Assembly: GCA_950097015.1 (NCBI GenBank)
Contig: CATNEN010000038.1
Span: forward strand, 8,184,001-8,248,000
Length of the DNA stretch: 64,000 nucleotides
Source: Macrostomum hystrix
Lineage: Eukaryota; Animalia; Platyhelminthes
Direction: 5' to 3'
Shown here: in pieces, positions 1-12,276 of the stretch
Numbering within the stretch: the stretch's first letter is position 1
Layout of the letters: every line of letters starts with the position of its first letter
Notes under the pieces: model-generated
What the model saw: the letters and a program-made list of their open reading frames with translations, nothing else
Databases searched by the model: none
Told to the model about the DNA's origin: nothing
Program-made: the position numbers and the translations under genes

Positions 1-1
1 C

Positions 2-175
2 CAGCAGCAGCAGCAGCAGTTGCATAGGCAGCCGCAGCAGCAGCTCATGTCTCCAATTCAACAGCAGCAGGAGTCGCCGCAGTCGCAGGGTTTGCCGCAG
101 CTGCCGCCGCCGCCTCCGCCGCCTGTGTCAGCTGAAGCTTCGCCCTACGAGGCGCAGCAGGCAGCGGAGGCCTGA
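2..175 (+). CDS. 3' end of a Gln/Pro-rich protein (partial; gene starts before the window)
   Basis: Open frame QQQQQQLHRQPQQQLMSPIQQQQESPQSQGLPQLPPPPPPPVSAEASPYEAQQAAEA* ends at TGA 173-175; GC-rich codons are followed by a long AT-rich 3'UTR-like tract. Confidence 0.75.
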   Translation, partial: QQQQQQLHRQPQQQLMSPIQQQQESPQSQGLPQLPPPPPPPVSAEASPYEAQQAAEA

Positions 176-1297
176 ACAGAGTCTGAGACAGAAGTTATTT
201 TGTGTAATTGCTTCTGCTCTCATGCTGTTTTAGAAAACCTTTTGAGTTGATATAGTTATTTAGTGTTCAGAGACTATAAAAAATTAAAAGTTGTTTTTTT
301 TAATGAAATTAACTTTTTATGAAGTGAATTTTTTTGTCGAGAAGCACCAGATTTCCCAGATTGGACCTTTGCTTGAGAGGACTCCTGCGTCTCCTTCCCA
401 GTGTTCTTATTTCTGCTTGTCTCTATGCGACCTGTGCAACTAACCCTTGTTAATTACTGTATATTTTAGTTGGTTTTTTTCTCATTTGTTTTACTTTAAT
501 CAGTTACTATTTTTTAGATATTGTTTTGTAGCCTGTGTCCATCTCTCACATTTTAACAGTTGATATACTCGTCATTTACTGATTGTTGCTGCTAAAACTT
601 TGATCAGGTTTGTATGCAGCTGCCTGAATGCAATATTTTATCATTGATAATTAAGCTATGCAAATCAAACTATAGCCAGTCAGCGGCACCCTTCTCATGT
701 TGGCATTTTTATATTTGAAGAACTGCTTGAAGGTAATATATTGTTGCTGAATACAGCTTAGCTTGTGTCTGTAAACATGTGTCTGTAATGTTCTGTAATC
801 TGTTTGTTTTGCTCAGCTTTAAACATTTTTTTAATAAGATTCTAACCTCCCTGCTACCTCCCTATTTGAATTTGATCTCGATAACTTCTCTCTATAGACT
901 ATTGGCAGCCGTTGGTTTAATTATCCCTAACAATGCTTCAACATCCTCTAAGCATAAGCTGGCTGATATATATATATATTTCTATATATTTATTTAGTTT
1001 TCAGTTTCATATAAGTTTTAGTGTTCTATAATTTTGCATTCTCCGCTGTTGTATGCAATAGTAATGAAATAACTGATTGCATTGTAGAGAACCCGACTGA
1101 ATATTAGCATGCTTTGCATCAGCTTAGATACCTGCCTGTGTGTACTTGTATAGCACCTAGTAGATACCTGCTCTGTATAAAGATATTAATTTGCTAATTC
1201 AATTGAATCCTTGTTTACAGATGTACATAAATGTACTTATCACCTGCATATGTATGAATTGCTATTGCTGGGAGAGTAAATCTCAACGATGTGTAAG

Positions 1298-1740
1298 GGG
1301 GAAATCCCGAGATTTAGAAAGTAAATCCCGATGATATTTAAAAGGAAATCCCGAGGACATCTTATGCTAAATCCCAATGATATTTCAAGGGAAATCCCGA
1401 GGATTTTTTAAGGGAAATCCCAATGATGTTTAAAAGGAAATCCCGAGGACATTTTAAAGCTAAATCCCAATGATATTTCAAGGGAAATCCCGAGGATATT
1501 TAAAGGGAAATCCGATTATATTTAAAAGGAAATCCAAAAGATATTTTAAGCTAAATCCCGAGGACGTCTAAAGGGAAACCCAGAGGATATTATAAGGGAA
1601 ATCTCAATAAAATTCAAAGGGAAATCCCAATGATATTAGAAGGAAAATCACGACGGTTATTTTAAGGGAAATCCAAAGAAAAATGGAAAAGGGAAATCCC
1701 AAGGATATCGGAGGGAAAATCCCGGGATATTGGAAGGAAA
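1298..1740. repeat. Degenerate ~22-bp minisatellite (AGGGAAATCCCGAGGATATTTA); related copy at ~3535-3690
   Basis: Repeated GGGAAATCCC units visible directly. Confidence 0.85.
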
Positions 1741-3164
1741 CTGACCAGAGATCGATAAACGATCAATAACAGACTTTCACCCGGGCAGAGTAAAGAAATT
1801 TTTGAGACTTAACAAACAGAGAGAAAATGCGCATGTTAAAAAATCTAATCTTCCGTGAAGTATCAGGTATGATATTATATTATTTACTATATATAGTTTC
1901 AGCTCGTTTGATATAGTTTCGATGCATTGCACTCACATGTACGCACACTAGCAAGTCAAGTCAGTCCTGTTACTACTTATCCCTAATAACTGTTAAGAAC
2001 AGGCACTGCTGTTCTTGATTAAGTGTGTTATTCTTTTTATTGCTAATATTATGCTAATAACATAGTCAAACATCGTTTTCCATTGTCTATTATTGCTGGC
2101 TGGTATTGTTGTTTTTTTAATGAAAGTTTTCTTTGCACAACAGTTTGATTATTATCTGCTAATAGATGGAAAACTTTGTCCTGAACCTGTCTTGTCCCTC
2201 TGCCCGCTTTGTTACCGTTGTTGTAGTTCCGCTTTTTTTAGTTTGCGTTTGTTTACATTTTTTAGAGATTAAGATTCGCAGAGTCACTTATTTGGGCAGT
2301 CGATTGGCATTAAGGCCCCTAAATCGCGCGCACAAACTCAAAGAAACATTTTGTAGTCAGTGTCGTGTCTGGAATAATCTCCTATGCATCCATTTTTGTT
2401 AACTTTTTTAATTACAGCATGTACTTTGTAAGGCCATTATTGTTACTGTTCAAGCTTTATTACTTCTGCATATTACATTTTTGAATTACTAGGCATCAAT
2501 TTAACAGCGCAGTTCATTGAACGTGCATTCATTTTTATGATATATATTATTTATTCTTTTTATTATATTAATATTATTAGTCGCGTGTGTATAGTAAATA
2601 CATAGTAATGTACAACATATCTGTTGTATTATAACAAAAACTCTTTGTGACACCAGAGTTATTCTTTTTGTTAACTCTGGAAAAATACCTGCATCTGAAT
2701 TCTGGATCTAAAAATAGAATAAAGTAACTGGGAATGAGAATTTATTCTCATTCATGAGAATATAACTGGGAAGATATTGGATAGGATTGGAAAATCTAGG
2801 ATGAGATGGGATGCGCGGGCATTGGATGGGGAGATTAGGGGCCGGAATGGAATGTTTTGGATGCGAAGGATAGGTAGGTGTGATAGGCAAGTAAGCAATG
2901 CTCGTAAGGTGCCGAAAATGGTTCAAAATAGTTTTTTTTAAAGTAGGAATAGAATCGCTTAGCTAGTTTTATAGAACAGCATTTCAAGTGACAATTTCAC
3001 TAGCATCGGAGAAATTCAAAACTAATTTCAGTTGGAATCGATAGCAAATGCAGCAGTACTGATCAACCTTGTCGCCAGTTACCTGCTGTGACTTCTAATT
3101 CCACTATAGGTAAGCAGTAATTTAAATGTATCGCCTACTACTTTATGTCATATTAAAAAAATAA

Positions 3165-3490
3165 TTGCAGAACAGCGGGCAATGGCACATCATTTGGTGA
3201 CACTAGACCCGCAGCCAGTGAGGAGGCAATTCTGCCCATTTCGCTGACTCCTAAGCACACACGCACCTGAATACTATACTCTGGCATACGCTCACGTAGG
3301 TGTGTACATCTGCCCTGACTTTCTCATCGTCATGCAGTGTACACTCCCCTGTACATCGGAGCTTGGCCCACAAGGACGTTAATTGCACGACCAGCCCCTA
3401 AAACAAGTAAATGTGGCCTCGCCGTGGAACCGAGCTTAGGGACCTTCGTGCGAGAGGCAAAAGCGTTAGACCGCTCTGCTACTTACCCCC
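3165..3490 (-). mobile_element. tRNA-derived SINE family 1, near full-length copy
   Basis: Reverse strand has A box (TAGCAGAGCGG), B-box-like GCTCGGTTCC, shared body TGACGATGAGAAAGTCAGGGCAGATG and tail AAATGATGTGCCATTGCCC; the same sequence recurs about ten times in the window. Confidence 0.85.
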
Positions 3491-4241
3491 TACTTTCTGC
3501 AATTACCTTTGTCTAATTTATGAGAAATTTAGTGGATTTTTTAAGCTAAATCACGAGGATATTTTAGGGGAAATCTCAAGAAAACGTTAAAGGGAAATCC
3601 CGAGGATATTTGAAGCTAAATCCCGAGGATATTGTAAGGGAAATCCCAATGAAATGCAAAAGGGAATCCCAATGATATTGGAAGGTACATCACGACGTTT
3701 AGTACTAAGGAAGGAAATGAAAGAATAATTTGTCAAGCTACTATCGCTTCTGTATCTGCCTCTTAGTTAATGTGAATTTATCACAATCAGCTGAAGCTGT
3801 TGTCAATAAGGCCATAATAAAGTTATGGAGTAGCACAGAGCACAAACAATGATTTTCTAAAAGTAAAACTTTGACACTGGTTCGCGATCGCTGCGACTCG
3901 CTCTCACAGGTCAGGAAGTGCTTCATTGATTTAAATTTATGTTTGGATATTGCTTTTATTTAAGAAAACAACGACAACTTTGAAAGCAAGGCTGGATTGT
4001 ATGTATTCGATGATAAGCAAAGTAACGCATGTGGTAAGACAGCAATTCTGAAGCAACCTCTCGGTTAAATAGTTTTGAACCTACGACTATAAAGCACGCG
4101 TTTCTGTTTAGCAGTTGGTGGCATTATATTGCTTGGAAATCAAATTTGCGAGTTAGGCTAGAGTTTAAGAGTAAAATGGTACGTCTGTGTATTGCTGTTA
4201 ATTATATGGAGTATTCACTTGTGTACTCATTGCGCTTCTAG

Positions 4242-7200
4242 TCACTGCCAAGTTATTGGGTTAATGCTCTGCTGCTGCTGCTGCGGTGGTGGCGGTGCAC
4301 TTTTGCAACGCTTGGGCCAATTGCTTGGCACGCTTTGCTGCTGCTGCAGCCTGTGATGCTGCTGCTGCGGCGGCGGCTGCTGCTGCTGCAGGTGCTGGTA
4401 CTGCTGCTGATGCAGCAGAGATCCAGTTGGCATAATCAGCGGCCGCTCGTTGATGCGAAGTCGTTCAATGCTGACGCTCTCGCTGAGCCACTCCGGGTGA
4501 ATGATGAATTCGCCGCGGCGTCCGTGGCCGCGCCCGGCCGCTGCTCCAGAGAAAAAGGCGCAGTCGTAGCTGCGGGACATTGCCGCGGCGTGTGCTTCCT
4601 GCTGGTCGCGGCAGGAGGACAGCTCTGTCGGATAGATACGCGGATCGGTGATGTCCAAGTCTGTTGACACGGTGGCGTGGCGCGTCCTCCCAGTCCGGTT
4701 GCTGCTGATTGGAATGGCGCTGCTCAGAGGCGGTGTGTACGGACTGAATCTGGGTCGATGTGACGAAATTGAAGAGCTCGACGATGCCGGCGGATGCGAG
4801 TGCAGCGAACGGAGCGCCGGGGTTCTAGCTGACAGACCGTTTGATGAATTCTGCTGCTGCTGCTGCTGTGACCGGCGCGGATGAGGCGGAGGCTGCTTAT
4901 GCCTGCGTTGATGATTTAAGGGATATGTGATTTTACAGCAACTATTCTTAAACAATGTTTATCTGAGGCTGCGCTTCTCACTTACCCAATGGCCACGGCG
5001 GCCGTAGCTGGCCTGGCTGTCATGGTTCTCTTGAAGCCGTCGCCTTCCGTCGGCTGTCGTCGTCTGTCAACTCTCTCCTCCGCCTGTTCGTTCTCCTCCT
5101 GGTATTTGGCTCCGCCCGCGTGCTCGACAAAGTAGTCCGGTGGGACTGCGGGCAATTCAATGAAACAACTGCAGGGGGTTTGTCTGTCGGCTGGGGTTGG
5201 CAGGCGCGAACTCGTCTGTGCGCGCGTGTGCTGTGCGATGCCAGCTTTGGTGTCTGGGGAAATAGTTTGTGCGCGATCTGAGCTGAGAAGCGGCTTTGGG
5301 GAAGTCGAAGCCCTGAGGAGGTGCGCGGCTGAGCTGGGGGAAGACTGGGGGGACAAGGGGATGGGGATGTACACTGTGGGAAGAAAAGGAACAGGGAGCG
5401 GCGATGCGGAACGGGATCAGAGTGGGCCACGACAGCTCTTCCTTCTCAACCAGTTCCCCTCCTCTCCTGTCCGCTTAAGCCTGAAGTCCTTCCTGCCCGG
5501 GCCTAGATGCCAGTAGCCACCCGCTAGCCCAATCGGTCTAGTTGCGCCGCTGTACGGAGCGTAGCGGAGGGTAGACGGTTTCCTACGCTCCCTGCTATGT
5601 ACAAGTCAAGCGCGCTTTCAGAATCCACTCAATCACTCGCTGAAAGATAGAAAGTACAATGATGGGCTTGTCACCGTGAAAAATGTATTCCTAGGGCGTA
5701 CAAAAGAGGAGAGATTCTGTGCTGCTGCTACTGACTTCCCCATCCTGGTTCTGCCGCCGCCGCTGCTTTTACTGCCCCTGCTCTCCCCCTACCCCCAGTC
5801 ATCCTCTCCGCTGACTGCCGCGAAAAAGGGTGACGATAAGAGAGACGAGGCTGAAGGGAGATCGGCGGCTGATTTTGCAAGGCTACGAAACCTTTTTCTT
5901 CTGTTGAAGAGTGGGAAGCTTTCTCGCGATCCCCACCCCAATCCCTTAACCCCTATCTTCCCAAGCCCACCGCTCCCCTCCTCCCGTGCCAGTCCGGGCT
6001 TGTTTCCATCCTCCTCTCTAGCCGCACCGTATCGCCATCCAGCTGGTTCACCACTCCCCTCCACTGCCCCCCCTACCTCGGCCTTGGCGCAATGCTGTCT
6101 AAATCCCCTAAATCACACACTGTGTGTTTGCCTTGGTCGAGAGATGAGGTGAAGAGCCAGGGTGACGCCGGCTTGTGGGGGGATTTCAAAGCAGGTCTCT
6201 TTCTCTCCCCCGCCTCTCATTTCTGTGACGGCCAGCCGGCTGACTGGACAGGCGAGCGGGCCAGCAGCAGGGCTTCTTTCTGCCCAGCTCCAGCCAGCCT
6301 TTTCTCCCTCCGAGTGGCGGCTCAAACTCCTCAATCCCGTGCCCTTACTAGTTTTTTTTCTCCCTTTCACTCTCCCTTCTCCGTCTCCATGGCGGAAAGG
6401 CCTACCTCCAGGCTGGGTCCGCTATCCTCACTTCCTCTTCCCTACTCCCCCAACGTGTGCTGCCTCCCTGCCTTTTCTCCCCTTCCGCTCTGATCTGTCT
6501 TTTCCCCTGGCCTGCCTCCGCTGCTAGTTTGAGGCTCGCCTCTCTCGGTCGGTCCTTCCAGTTGAGGGTTTGGGGCATTGGGAGCGGGTTGTGGGCTGCG
6601 ATGCTTTCTGTTTGGAAAGGCTTGCTGGAGTCAGAGTCCAGCCTAGCTTTGTGGGAGCCTGGTTGCTTCCTTTTTGCTTCTTTATTTCGTTGGGATTTTT
6701 TTATATTCTTCTATCTTCTTATTTAGGCCGTTCAGATCTTATGTTCTGGCTTGTGTCTTGTTGTGGGAGAATGTCTCAAACCTCTGCTCAGCCAGCTTGC
6801 CATGAAATATTTTTTAATTTCAAATCTCAAATAACATCCAGTGTCCTGCTCACCAGTCCTTGGATAGAAGCACTCGCCAGTCACGCTGAGTTGGTTGTCT
6901 GTGTTCTTGTATCTCCAACCGGTTGCTTGCTGCTGCTGCTGCTGCTGCTGTTGATGCTGCTTTCTTTGCAGCCACAGACGTCTGCGCCACTCCAGTAGGC
7001 CCCTCTCTCCCAGTCTTGGAGCCAGCAGAAAATATCCGGGCTATGTGTATATTGTGTTCATATTTAATGTGCATCGGATTTATTCGTTCTTATTGGTATT
7101 AGTTCTTCAAAGCACCACTGAGAAGCTTCCTGTGGATTTGATTTGCCACAAATATTTCTCTATTCTCGTTTAAGTGCATTCCTTCTTTTTTCTGTCTCCG

Positions 7201-8088
7201 CCATTCGCGTATATTTTTTCTGTAGAAGACCAAATTTGCTAAGGCCACTCCTCTATTTACTACTGTTTCTGGGCATATGTAGGGTGCTTTTTTCGTTACA
7301 AAGTTTATTGACTCACTTCCTCGACGAAAAAAAACTGAATGAAAATACAAGATTGCGTCCTTAAGACACGATATGGGGGTCATGGATGAGATCTTATGGT
7401 CTTGTTGAGTCATGGATAAGATATTATCGTCTAGTAGGGTCATAGATAAGATTTTATCATATTGTAGAGTCATGGATGAGATCTTATCGTCTAGTAGGGT
7501 CATGGATGGGATCTTATGGTCTTGTTGTATCATGATGAGATCTTATGACAATATCTGGGTCAAAAAGGACAGTAGGATTGGTACAATTCTCACCGCCGGT
7601 GAAATATCCGCTGGCAGATCTCCAGTATTTTTCTGGTTGTTGCCAAGCAGCAGGCCTGGCTCCAGCAACGGTCGCATCAGGCGCGCTGTTGCCGCTCTTC
7701 GCTTGCTAGCCGAAGCCTGTCCTTGGCGGTGTCTGGCTCCCTGAGCAGCTCCTGTTTGAGCAGCGCACTCATCCGGGCGTCGTCTTTGGCTCTTGCGTCT
7801 CTTCTTTCTGGGCAGTTTTCTCGGCTGTTTCGAAGCGTTGCTGATGCCGCTGCCGACGCTTTCACTGCCGAAATCAGATTCTTCGTCATCGCGCTGAGCG
7901 CTGTCTTGATCAGCGTTCAACTGCTCCAGGTAGCCGATTGTAAGGGCTCTCTCCAATGTATTGTGTGCGCTGCCTGGCTCAGCTGTGCCGAATTCGTCAT
8001 CCATCGGTGCCGAATCATCGTTACCCGCTGTTGGTAGGCGGACTACAATCTGGCTGCTGCTTGTTGAAATAGCACTTTGAGCAGTCAT
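4242..8088 (-). CDS. Uncharacterised low-complexity protein, 3 coding exons (8088-7594, 5344-4986, 4902-4242), ~504 aa
   Basis: Three ORF-track segments join through GT-AG sites with matching phases (0, 2); basic KKRRK cluster, polyQ, motif GEFIIHPEWLSE; probable 50-nt 5'UTR intron at 8173-8124. Confidence 0.7.
7380..7550. repeat. ~30-bp minisatellite in intron 1 of the orphan gene
   Basis: GTCATGGATGAGATCTTATCGTCTAGTAGG, about 5-6 copies. Confidence 0.8.
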
Positions 8089-8740
8089 GCCAGATTGTTC
8101 TGAGCTGTAAGCACTGTTTTCACCTGATCCGTCGAGTAACAGAGAAACCAGACTGCTTTAGTTTACACACTTACCTGCTTTATTTATAAAGTTATACAAA
8201 CCTGGCGTGTACACAGTGTGCTCTTATCCGCTCTGGCTTAACTCCTCAGAGGGTAGAAAACTAGTGAAAGAAGCCAAGCAAGAAGCCTTCTAACCTTCAC
8301 TTCGCTGCCGTTAAGACGCAATTTTAACTTGAAAGATGCGAGTGTTTGAGTATTAAAAAAAGACAGCTTGCAATGGAAATTTCAGCTCAGTTCTCTTGAG
8401 CCGTGAGTTTCCCTTCTTTTGTCCACGGTGCTCAGTAGTCTGAGTGTGCCACTGCTTAACTGGAAATTCTATTGCCAATTTGTCCAACTCTGCTGGCTTC
8501 CGTCTGAGTACTCTTCACTAATAGTTCCCGGTCTTTTCTGTCTGCTTTCCTGCAGCATTGGCTTTCTCTTCTTACACATTTTTAAGCTTCTTCGATTAAT
8601 TTCTGCGCGCCGTTTTAAAGTCGCCATTTAACGCTTGAAACCCACTAAAAATAAATTTTAAAAAGTATATTTTCACCTTCTTTTCTGTTTTTCAGGTGCG
8701 CTAGTCGAGCTGTCAATCAAGATACCTGTGTGCTTCAGTC

Positions 8741-9484
8741 ATGCTGAGTCGTCTGCTCTGCTCTCGCTGCCGCCAGTTTCTAATAAACAATGTCCAACGC
8801 CACATGAGCTCAACATCGCCGCCGCCGTCACGGCCTTCCCAGTCAGCCTGGGGTCGTCAGAATCAGCAGCAGCAGCAGCAGCGAAGAACAGCAGACGACC
8901 CCGGCGCCAGCGCCACTGTGTATATGTCGGCAGCCGCGCTGTTCATGCTTGGCGTCTCCTACGCCTCCGTGCCGCTGTATCGCAAGTTCTGCCAGATGGC
9001 CGGCACGGCCTCCAACCCCCTCCTGGCTCGCGTGGACAGCGTCGAACGGGTTCGCGAGATGCGACCCGTGGCCGACTGTCGACTCACCGTCAACTTCATC
9101 GCCGACACGCACTCCCAGCTGGCCTGGAACTTCAAGCCGCAGCAGCCGAGAGTCCAGCTGGTGCCGGGCGAGACGGTGCTGGTATTCTACACGGCCATGA
9201 ACCCTACCGATGTGCCCGTCACGGGCATCGCCACCTACACTGTCAATCCCTATCAGGCGTCGCAGTACTTCAACAAGATCCAATGCTTCTGCTTCGAGGA
9301 GCAGCGCTTGAATCCCGGCGAGGAGGTGGACATGCCCGTGTTCTTCTACATTGATCCCGAGTACGTGAACGATCCCCGGCTGAGGGATGTGCGCCAGATC
9401 ACCCTGTCCTATTGCTTCTTTGAGGCCAAGGAGGCGCTGAGCTTGCCGTTGCCTGGTCTGGCCGCTAGCCCGGCCGCCTCCTGA
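8741..9484 (+). CDS. COX11: Cytochrome c oxidase assembly protein COX11 (copper chaperone), single coding exon
   Basis: YASVPLYRKFCQ, WNFKPQQ, PGETVLVFY, YFNKIQCFCFEEQRLNPGEEVDMPVFFYIDP motifs; Arg-rich N-terminal presequence; acceptor TTTTCAG at 8695 and donor GTGAGT at 8403 define a 5'UTR intron. Confidence 0.97.
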   Translation: MLSRLLCSRCRQFLINNVQRHMSSTSPPPSRPSQSAWGRQNQQQQQQRRTADDPGASATVYMSAAALFMLGVSYASVPLYRKFCQMAGTASNPLLARVDSVERVREMRPVADCRLTVNFIADTHSQLAWNFKPQQPRVQLVPGETVLVFYTAMNPTDVPVTGIATYTVNPYQASQYFNKIQCFCFEEQRLNPGEEVDMPVFFYIDPEYVNDPRLRDVRQITLSYCFFEAKEALSLPLPGLAASPAAS

Positions 9485-9751
9485 CTTCGCTGATGCTTTG
9501 TACTCCCAGTTTCTGTGCGCTTTTCCAGGCTTTTTGCATCAAATAGATTCGTTGAATATCAGCACTGTCAACTTTCAAGTGTTTCAAGCCGAGTCTGCCT
9601 TTTTTTTAATGTTTGCGCAGTAAGGAAAAGTGCCCCCATTTTAAATCTTCCTCGTGTTGTTTGGTGTTTTAAAGCTAAGTTAAGAACCAATCATTTCTAA
9701 AATAGTCTGTTTCAGCAGAATTCGAATAGAAACATAACATCGAAGATCGCT

Positions 9752-11975
9752 ATGACAGGCCGGTCGGCGACTACAAATAGGGCGTCAGCAGATTATGCCG
9801 AACTGATGGATCAGCAGTTGGACGATTTGAGATTCCACGAAAATCGAGGTTAGTCGTCTGTGAGGAACCATGCCTCATTTAGTATCATGTCAGGTCATGA
9901 GCATTATGTCAGGTCATGAAGGATCATGTCAGGTCATGAAGGATCATGTCAGGTCATGAGCATTATGTCAGGTCATGAAGGATCATGTCAGGTCATGAGC
10001 ATTATGTCAGGTCATGAAGGATCATGTCAGGTCATGAGCATTATGTCAGGTCACGAAGGATCATGTCAGGTCATGAAGGATCATGTCAGGTCATGAGCAT
10101 TATGTCAGGTCACGAAGGATCATGTCAGGTCATGAGCATTATGTCAGGTCATGAAGGATCATGTCAGGTCATGAGCATTATGTCAGGTCACGAAGGATCA
10201 TGTCAGGTCATGAAGGATCATGTCAGGTCATGAGCATTATGTCAGGTCATGAAGGATCATGCCAGGTCATGAAAGATCATGGCATTGTAGCTGGGGTCAT
10301 GCCGGCCAGTCCACCCAACCCGCAGCCAATCAGCATCGGGCTGTCCTGACGGCATTCCTGGGCAGCCAGCTGGTTCGAACCGTCCTGTCGCCGGACACAT
10401 TTCCCGAATATCGGCGCCTCGTTGAGCTGGCGGTTGAGCAGGGATTCGACATGTTCAATGGAGAACAGTGAGTACAGCTGCAGCTGACCTAATCAGCTCT
10501 TCTTTATTTCTGATAATCCCTGAACCAGTTTTGTACTTTTGTAACAGGCTGGCGCTGAGTCTGCTCAGAGACCAGATTAAGCTGCAGACTGCGCAGCTGG
10601 AGAATGTCAGGCTGCAGAAGGTGCTAGACGATGCCAGCGAATGTCTGCGGCAGACTGCCGAGCTGCAGGCTCGAGTAAACAGGTGAGGATTCTGAACCGA
10701 ATCATCGATATCCCATTGTCGAATCCAGAGATCCCATTGTAGGATATACTTAAATCTCATCGTCAAGTCGTCAAATCTCACTGCTTAATCCACAAATCTC
10801 TCACTGCTTAATCCTCGAATCTCACTGCTTAATCCTCGAATCTCACTGCTTAATCCTCAAATCTCACTGCTTAATCCTCGAATCTCACTGCTTAATCCTC
10901 AAATCTCACTGCTTAATCCTCGAATCTCACTGCTTAATCCTCGAATCTCACTGCTTAATCCTCAAATCTCACTGCTTAATCCTCGAATCTCACTGCTTAA
11001 TCCTCAAATCTCACTGCTTAATCCTCGAATCTCACTGCTTAATCCTCAAATCTCACTGCTTAATCCTCGAATCTCACTGCTTAATCCTCGAATCTCACTG
11101 CTTAATCCTCGAATCTCACTGCTTAATCCTCGAATCTCACTGCTTAATCCTCGAATCTCACTGCTTAATCCTCGAATCTCGCTGCTTAATCCTTATATCT
11201 CACTTTTCAATCCTAAAAATCCGATAGTCAAACCCAGAAATGCCATTGTACAATCCTTCAAACCCCATTGTCTAATCCTCATATTATTTTCCTAGATCAT
11301 CTTCATAATCCAGTTGCAGAATCCTCAATACTGAAAAAAATTCCTAAGCATACTATAAATTTTTCAAGTTATTTTGAGACGCCTTCACCCCACCCCTGTC
11401 CGCAGCCAATCAGAGCAGGCCGAGGCCCACCGTGCCAAGCAGACCAGCAAGGCGGCTTCTGCTCGGCGCCAGATGGAGAAGGACTCAGCGGAGGCCAGTA
11501 GATTTCTGGCGGCCGCTGACACATTAGAGGTGTGTAGCCATGGGATGTTGCAAATTTTCTCATATTCCAGTCATATTCACCAAATCCTCAATTCACAGAA
11601 TCCAGTCCAATTGACCAAATCCTCAATTCACAGAATCCAGTCCGATTGACCAAATCCTCAATTCACAGAATCATATACCTATTCACAGTTTTTTAACATT
11701 CTACTCTCAGTAGTGTTGCAGCTAAATATTCTTTTTTTCAGTCCGATTTGCAAGCCCTGGGCTTCTCGGACAGCCTTCGTCACGAGGCCCTAGTAGAGGC
11801 GCACCTGTCTAATCAGCACCTGGCTGCCGAGAGGCAGGCCCTGCTTGCCGACCTCGCCAAGTTCGACGGCTTATCACCCGACCTGCTAGAGGCCCGCAAT
11901 CAGGTGGCACAGCTGGAGCAGCAGGTGGCTCAGCTGCAGGCCGAAATTCAGGAACAGGGGAGATTCCTGATGTGA
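9752..11975 (+). CDS. HAUS1: HAUS augmin-like complex subunit 1-like, 5 exons (9752-9848, 10326-10467, 10548-10682, 11406-11529, 11742-11975)
   Basis: Phase-consistent GT-AG model; coiled-coil; C-terminus LGFSDSLRHEALVE...LAKFDGLSPDLLEARNQVAQLEQQ matches the HAUS1 pattern (G..SL.H..LV...L..Y.DL.P....A); N-terminus looks short. Confidence 0.75.
9886..10280. repeat. 19/20-bp minisatellite, HAUS1 intron 1
   Basis: CATGTCAGGTCATGAAGGAT and ATGTCAGGTCATGAGCATT variants. Confidence 0.95.
10774..11190. repeat. 21-bp minisatellite, HAUS1 intron 3
   Basis: AATCTCACTGCTTAATCCTC(G/A). Confidence 0.95.
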
Positions 11976-12013
11976 CTGGGGACCTTTTCGCACGCCCACT
12001 CTGACAATTTTGT

Positions 12014-12276
12014 ACCTGAACTGATATCCCACCTGAACTGATATCCCACCTGAACTGATATCACACCTGAACTGATATCCCACCTGAACTGATATCACAC
12101 CTGAACTGATATCACACCTGAACTGATATCCCACCTGAACTGATATCACACCTGAACTGATATCCCACCTGAACTGATATCACACCTGAACTGATATCCC
12201 ACCTGAACTGATATCACACCTGAACTGATATCACACCTGAACTGATATCACACCTGAACTGATATCACACCTGAAC
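12014..12276. repeat. 17-bp minisatellite just 3' of the HAUS1 stop
   Basis: CACCTGAACTGATATC(C/A). Confidence 0.95.

Noticed and set aside
6850-7074. Extra exon of the orphan gene (minus-strand donor at 6853)
   Set aside because: The frame needed to join the flanking exons contains a stop
10321-11413. Identical CGCAGCCAATCAG at two HAUS1 acceptors
   Set aside because: Only 13 nt including the CAG consensus, with different phases and no further similarity; likely chance
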